Assembly (NCBI GenBank): GCA_023818895.1
Contig: JAMWCX010000005.1
Span: 1 to 9,624, forward strand
Source: Candidatus Omnitrophota bacterium
GTDB taxonomy: Bacteria > Omnitrophota > Gorgyraeia > 2-01-FULL-45-10
Direction of reading: 5' to 3'
Length of the DNA stretch: 9,624 nt
Shown here one piece after another: positions 5,985 through 9,624 of this stretch. Position 1 is the first letter of the stretch. Each line of letters begins with the position of its first letter. The notes under the pieces were generated by a model. That model searched no databases, was not told the origin of the DNA, and saw only the letters and a list, made by a program, of their open reading frames with translations. Position numbers and translations under genes: made by a program.

Positions 5985-6027
5985 ACCCGCGGTTTCGGCA
6001 ATTGTGTCGAGCTGCGGGTTTTTGTTT
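5985..6027 (+). terminator. Intrinsic terminator (attenuator) immediately upstream of the tpsA1 RBS
   Basis: Lower stem acccgcgg (5985-5992) / ctgcgggt (6012-6019). Upper stem ttcggc (5994-5999) / gtcgag (6006-6011). Loop aattgt. U-tract tttt-g-ttt (6020-6027). The SD aagg (6028-6031) and ATG 6035/6041 follow directly. Confidence 0.8.
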
Positions 6028-6034
6028 AAGGCGG

Positions 6035-7705
6035 ATGAAAATGAAAAAAAATAAACAATTTAAAAAATGGACGCAACGCGAGAAGAAAAATGCGACGGTG
6101 TTTTTCTGCCTGGTCGCTGTTTTCTTTATGAATCTTTTATACGCTAATAGCATCGCTGCGCTCCCTAAGGATTATGAAGTCGCCGCCGGCAGTGCCGAAT
6201 TTCATGTGCAGGAAAATACCCTTACCGTAACTGCCTCTGACAAAGCTATCATAAATTATAAGTCCTTCGATATTGCACAGAATGAGAAGGTTATATTCAA
6301 TCTGCCTACGACTACGAGCGCAGTACTTAACAGGGTTCATTCTCCGGATCCGACGAATATACAGGGCCTTCTGCAGTGTAACGGAATCTTTATACTAGTT
6401 AATCAGTCCGGCATATACGTGGCCCCTGGCGCCAACGTGAACGCGGCGAGCATGATCCTTTCAACAAGAGACATCAATAATTCAGACTTCCTGGCCGGTC
6501 GGTATTCCTTCCACAAGGTATCCCAGAATGGGTTCGACATGTTGCTCCTTAATGAGGGCAATCTCGCCGTTTCGAAAGGCGGTTTCCTTGCCCTGGTGGC
6601 GGGCGCGATAGAGAATAAGGGTGTCATAACCGCCAGATCGGGGACGATTGCTCTGGCAGCAGGAAATGCCGTTAAGTTCGAGATAGCCGGAAACAATATG
6701 ATCTCGGTGGCGGTCACGGAGCCTGTCGCCGAGCAGATCCTGGATTTTGAAGGCAAGCCTGTTAAGGATCAGATCAAGAACACCGGCTCTCTTAACGCGG
6801 AAGGCGGCACTATTATACTTAAAGCCGAAAGCGTTGCCGATATCTTCATAAACGCGGTCAATCTTGAGGGAGTGGTCAATGCTGAGAGGGTCGAATGCAA
6901 GGATGGAGGTGTAAGTATAATCGCAGGCGGCAAGGTTGAGATACCCGCTGAACAGATAATCACAACGCGCCTTGAGGTATTCGCTAAAGAACTCGTAATG
7001 CTGCCGCCACGGATACCTGAGAGAGTCATAGACGGCGACGTCGATGTGAATACGGCTGAGGCGCTTCATATCATGCCGTCAGAACCCGCGCAAGTCATTA
7101 AGGCCGAGGAATCGATAACGATATTTGCCGAGAAGGCGATTGAAGTCGCGTCAACGATAGAAACGCCGACAGTTACGCTGGTATCAGGCGATATGGTAGA
7201 TACGCGCGGCGCCGCCATCGTCCAGGGAACGAATTTTAATTTAAGGGCTAATAGATTCGGAAAGTATGAAACGCCTGTTAAGATACAGGCCGAGAATAGT
7301 TATGTTAATGGATTTAATAAAAATATAGATATTCGTGAGGCATTAGGAATCGGCACGTCCTTTTTGATACGCGGGCCTCCGGATGAGGGCTTTGGAGCCA
7401 TTGAATACAACCGAAACCTTTCGCGTCTTACGCTGGAGGCGGAAGATGTAATTCTTTCCGTAACAAATCCTGTTTATGTAGATGGTCATTTGATACTTTC
7501 CAATTTCCTGGGCTTGATTCCTTTTATATATCTTTTATCCAAAGGTAATAATATCGTTTTCCCTATTGTGAATGGAGTAAGTCTCCTGCCATTTTTCGTG
7601 GCGCACTTAATCGTGATTAAAACTATGAGTAGGGCTGGTAGGATATGCGCCGGATTATGCGCGGTTGGGATACGACAGGAGCTTAAATTAGTAGAAAGGG
7701 GGTGA
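6035..7705 (+). CDS. TpsA-family exoprotein, short paralog (filamentous-haemagglutinin N-terminal / haemagglutination-activity TPS domain); 556 aa
   Basis: Signal peptide MKMKKNKQFKKWTQREKKNATVFFCLVAVFFMNLLYANSIAA. TPS domain NYKSFDIAQNEKVIFNLPTTTSAVLNRVHSPDPTNIQGLLQCNGIFILVNQSGIYVAPGANVNAASMILSTRDI. The ORF-track start at 5885 would translate through the structured leader and terminator and has no SD. ATG 6035 or 6041 follows aaggcgg. The last 70 aa or so are atypical (see findings). Confidence 0.85.
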   Translation: MKMKKNKQFKKWTQREKKNATVFFCLVAVFFMNLLYANSIAALPKDYEVAAGSAEFHVQENTLTVTASDKAIINYKSFDIAQNEKVIFNLPTTTSAVLNRVHSPDPTNIQGLLQCNGIFILVNQSGIYVAPGANVNAASMILSTRDINNSDFLAGRYSFHKVSQNGFDMLLLNEGNLAVSKGGFLALVAGAIENKGVITARSGTIALAAGNAVKFEIAGNNMISVAVTEPVAEQILDFEGKPVKDQIKNTGSLNAEGGTIILKAESVADIFINAVNLEGVVNAERVECKDGGVSIIAGGKVEIPAEQIITTRLEVFAKELVMLPPRIPERVIDGDVDVNTAEALHIMPSEPAQVIKAEESITIFAEKAIEVASTIETPTVTLVSGDMVDTRGAAIVQGTNFNLRANRFGKYETPVKIQAENSYVNGFNKNIDIREALGIGTSFLIRGPPDEGFGAIEYNRNLSRLTLEAEDVILSVTNPVYVDGHLILSNFLGLIPFIYLLSKGNNIVFPIVNGVSLLPFFVAHLIVIKTMSRAGRICAGLCAVGIRQELKLVERG

Positions 7706-7760
7706 TGAAAATGTTGCGTAGCAAATGGCAAAAAATAGGTTCCAGGCATGATGATGACGG

Positions 7761-7829
7761 GAGGCGGTTTCCAAGGTGTAGTGGAGGCGGTTTCCAAGTT
7801 GTGGTGGAGACGGTTTCCAATAGGAGTAG
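7761..7829 (+). repeat. Three tandem 23-bp direct repeats of the GGAGRCGGTTTCCAA family upstream of tpsA2
   Basis: gaggcggtttccaaggtgtagtg (7761-7783), gaggcggtttccaagttgtggtg (7784-7806), gagacggtttccaataggagtag (7807-7829). Units 1 and 2 differ at 2 of 23 positions. The 14-15 nt core is conserved in unit 3. Confidence 0.9.
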
Positions 7830-7866
7830 GAGATTTGAAGATATGCTTCGAAAGGAGGCGATCGCC

Positions 7867-9624
7867 ATGAAAACTAATAATCTTTTGATGGTAAATGGTA
7901 TAAATAGGAAATTGATAAGCTATCTTAACAGGATAGTGGCGATTCTCCTTGTGATAACATTTGCCTCATCCCAGGTGGTATATCCGCTTCCTCAGGACCC
8001 GCAGATAGAGGAAGGAACGGCTACCATACATGTCGATGGAAGCACCATGACTATAAACGCTCAGGACAAGACCGTCATAAATTATTCTTCCTTCAATATA
8101 GGAGCAAACGAAGCGGTCATAGTGACGCTGCCTAACGTAAATAGCTCTATATTGAACAGGGATATCGGAGGGAGTGTCTCCAATCTTGCAGGTCTTTTAC
8201 AGTCGAATGGTCTATTTATCTTGATTAATCCGGCAGGTATCTATGTGGCACCTACAGCGAATATAAACGTGGGAAGCATTGTCCTTTCCACAAGAGATAT
8301 AAACTCTAAAGACTTCATCAACTCAAACTACGTATTCCAGAAGATATCGAGAGAGCAGCTCGACGCTTTGCTACTGAACGCCGGGACCATAAATATAACT
8401 CGGGGTGGTTTCGGCGTTCTGATAGCGGGTGCCGTCGAAAACAAGGGCATAATCACTGCCCCTGTGGGGAAAATTACTCTTGCATCAGGAGACGCGGTTA
8501 AGCTCGACATAGGGGGAGACGGACTTATATCTGTCGCCATAGAGGAGAAGGCGGCCTCAAAAGTCTATGACTTCCAGGGCAGGCCCATCACCGACGCCAT
8601 CAAGAACTCAGGCACCCTGAAAGCTGACGGCGGAGTGGTGACCCTGAAGGCGGAGGCGCTTACCGACGTATTCACGAAGGCCATCAACCTTGAAGGGCTG
8701 ACACAGGCAACGACACTTGACAGCACAAAAGGTGAGGTGAGACTCGTCTCGGACGGGGCGATACAGAATACAGGCACTATCAACACCAACACCCTGACAG
8801 AGAAAGGAGCCTCGTTCAAGGCGAGCGGGACTATAACGGGAGGGGATGCCTATTATGACAATGAGGACGGGGCGATGGTTATAAACGGCCCCATAAATAT
8901 CGGTTCCAACCAGTATGACAACGGAAACATCATAATAAATGGTGCCGTTACTCTTATCGCTAATAACCTGACCTTTGCCGCTGATAATGACAATGACCGA
9001 TCCGGCGTCTTCTACATGAATACGGGCGCTAGAATCGACGGAGGTTCTTCCACTAAATATAACCTTACGATAAAGAGTGGCAATACCGCGGCAGCCGGAG
9101 AGGGCATAGATGGTCAGGCGCCCAAGCTTGAGAATATCTCCAATATCGGAACCATTACATTTGACAAGTCCACAGGCTCAACTCCTACCTACACCTCAAA
9201 TAGCTCCGCAGAATTCAGCGTAAATACGGTCAAGACCGTTTACGGGACCAAACTCTCCCGCGATGTTACAGACGGCGGCTATCATATGATCTACTCGGTC
9301 TCCGATGCGCCGGGCGGACTGCAATTGATGCAGAATAACCTCGGCTGGAATTACAAGCTCGCCAATGACATAGACGCGAGCGAGACTGAGCTTTGGAATG
9401 GCGGAGCGGGGTTTGTGCCAGTGGGAACATTCACTGGAACTTTTGACGGAAGCGGATGTGAGATTACGGGGCTTTATATTAACCGGTATGGCACAATGGA
9501 GCCGAAGAACGGCCTATTTGGAGAAACATCGGGCGCGACAGTGCGCAATGTCGGGCTTAAGTCAGCATTTGTCAAAGGTGGTAGCCAGACGGGAGGGCTA
9601 ATAGGATGGATGTGGGGTGGTGGT
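7867..9624 (+). CDS. TpsA-family large exoprotein/adhesin, 5' partial relative to window end (TPS domain, then beta-helix-like repeats, then GLUG-motif region). The reading frame stays open to the window end
   Basis: Not in the supplied ORF track because it has no stop in the window. My translation gives 586 codons with no stop. AAAGGAGG lies 8 nt upstream of ATG 7867. Sequence: MKTNNLLMVNGINRKLISYLNRIVAILLVITFASSQVVYPLPQDPQIEEGTATIHVDGSTMTINAQDKTVINYSSFNIGANEAVIVTLPNVNSSILNRDIGGSVSNLAGLLQSNGLFILINPAGIYVAPTANINVGSIVLSTRDIN.... Later comes NYKLANDIDASETELWNGGAGFVPVGTFTGTFDGSGCEITGLYINR...GLFGETSGATVRNVGLKSAFVKGGSQTGGLIGW, which is GLUG-type. About half the residues are identical to tpsA1 across the TPS domain, judged by eye. 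Confidence 0.9.
   Translation, partial: MKTNNLLMVNGINRKLISYLNRIVAILLVITFASSQVVYPLPQDPQIEEGTATIHVDGSTMTINAQDKTVINYSSFNIGANEAVIVTLPNVNSSILNRDIGGSVSNLAGLLQSNGLFILINPAGIYVAPTANINVGSIVLSTRDINSKDFINSNYVFQKISREQLDALLLNAGTINITRGGFGVLIAGAVENKGIITAPVGKITLASGDAVKLDIGGDGLISVAIEEKAASKVYDFQGRPITDAIKNSGTLKADGGVVTLKAEALTDVFTKAINLEGLTQATTLDSTKGEVRLVSDGAIQNTGTINTNTLTEKGASFKASGTITGGDAYYDNEDGAMVINGPINIGSNQYDNGNIIINGAVTLIANNLTFAADNDNDRSGVFYMNTGARIDGGSSTKYNLTIKSGNTAAAGEGIDGQAPKLENISNIGTITFDKSTGSTPTYTSNSSAEFSVNTVKTVYGTKLSRDVTDGGYHMIYSVSDAPGGLQLMQNNLGWNYKLANDIDASETELWNGGAGFVPVGTFTGTFDGSGCEITGLYINRYGTMEPKNGLFGETSGATVRNVGLKSAFVKGGSQTGGLIGWMWGGG

Noticed and set aside
5885-6034. N-terminal 50-codon extension of tpsA1 given in the ORF track (start 5885)
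   Set aside because: It would be translated across the aptamer 3' end, a 13-bp hairpin and a strong terminator. It has no SD, and its peptide is Arg/Cys-rich (MAVSCRNKRFF...RYPRFRQLCRAAGFCLRR). A proper signal peptide starts at ATG 6035/6041 after aaggcgg.
7714-7745. sigma54-type promoter around aaTGGCAaaaaatagg upstream of tpsA2
   Set aside because: Only the TGGCA half matches. There is no TTGC element at the required spacing.
7761-7829. Possibility that the tandem repeats are a mini CRISPR array
   Set aside because: The units are directly adjacent at a 23-nt period, so there are no separate unique spacers. There are only three copies and no cas genes in the window.
377-9601. Remaining track ORFs inside or antisense to the called genes: 377..655-, 406..609-, 1220..1486+, 1276..1464+, 1535..1861-, 2139..2432-, 2287..2532-, 2747..2944-, 3033..3461-, 3851..4390-, 3948..4304-, 4448..4705-, 5959..6153-, 6137..6340-, 6403..6756-, 6482..7069-, 6769..7029-, 7486..7797-, 7683..7868-, 8328..8540-, 8565..8819-, 9398..9601+
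   Set aside because: All overlap better-supported genes or regulatory RNA, either in another frame or on the opposite strand. Their translations are low-complexity or Ser/Arg/Pro/Cys-rich, and none has a convincing SD. They are typical shadow ORFs; for example, 4448..4705 is the antisense of the GAA/GCN repeat.

Overview
This is a chromosomal segment from a diderm (outer-membrane) bacterium. From left to right it holds: (1) the 3' two-thirds of a tRNA-Asn(GUU) gene with its intrinsic terminator, but no matching 5' acceptor strand or D arm; (2) mscL with a near-consensus sigma70 promoter and a bidirectional terminator; (3) an atypical two-partner-secretion (TPS) locus, which fills the rest of the window. 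The TPS locus contains a divergently transcribed secreted FecR-domain protein. It also has a ShlB/FhaC-type TpsB transporter carrying an unusual 134-aa helical extension after the barrel's terminal Phe. A co-transcribed secreted coiled-coil protein rich in Ala/Glu/Lys follows. Next comes a convergent, partnerless MqsA-like zinc-ribbon/HTH gene with a perfect 16-bp palindrome in its promoter. Two tandem paralogous TpsA (haemagglutination-activity domain) genes close the window: a short one of 556 aa, and a long one with GLUG-type repeats that runs off the window end and is missing from the supplied ORF track. The most interesting signal is non-coding. tpsA1 has a leader of about 320 nt that starts at a strong promoter. 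The leader contains a structured element matching both conserved halves of the c-di-GMP-I (GEMM-I) riboswitch, including a GAAA tetraloop and a CCUAA/AUGG-type receptor, interrupted by two extra hairpins. A strong intrinsic terminator sits immediately before the RBS, and its upper stem is perfectly complementary over 9 bp to the aptamer's 3' conserved segment. A second unexplained signal is a repeat family, GGAGRCGGTTTCCAA. It occurs as an inverted pair upstream of the tpsA1 promoter, as a diverged hairpin in the leader, and as three tandem 23-bp copies just upstream of tpsA2. All family and motif assignments come from reading translations and sequence by eye; no searches were run.
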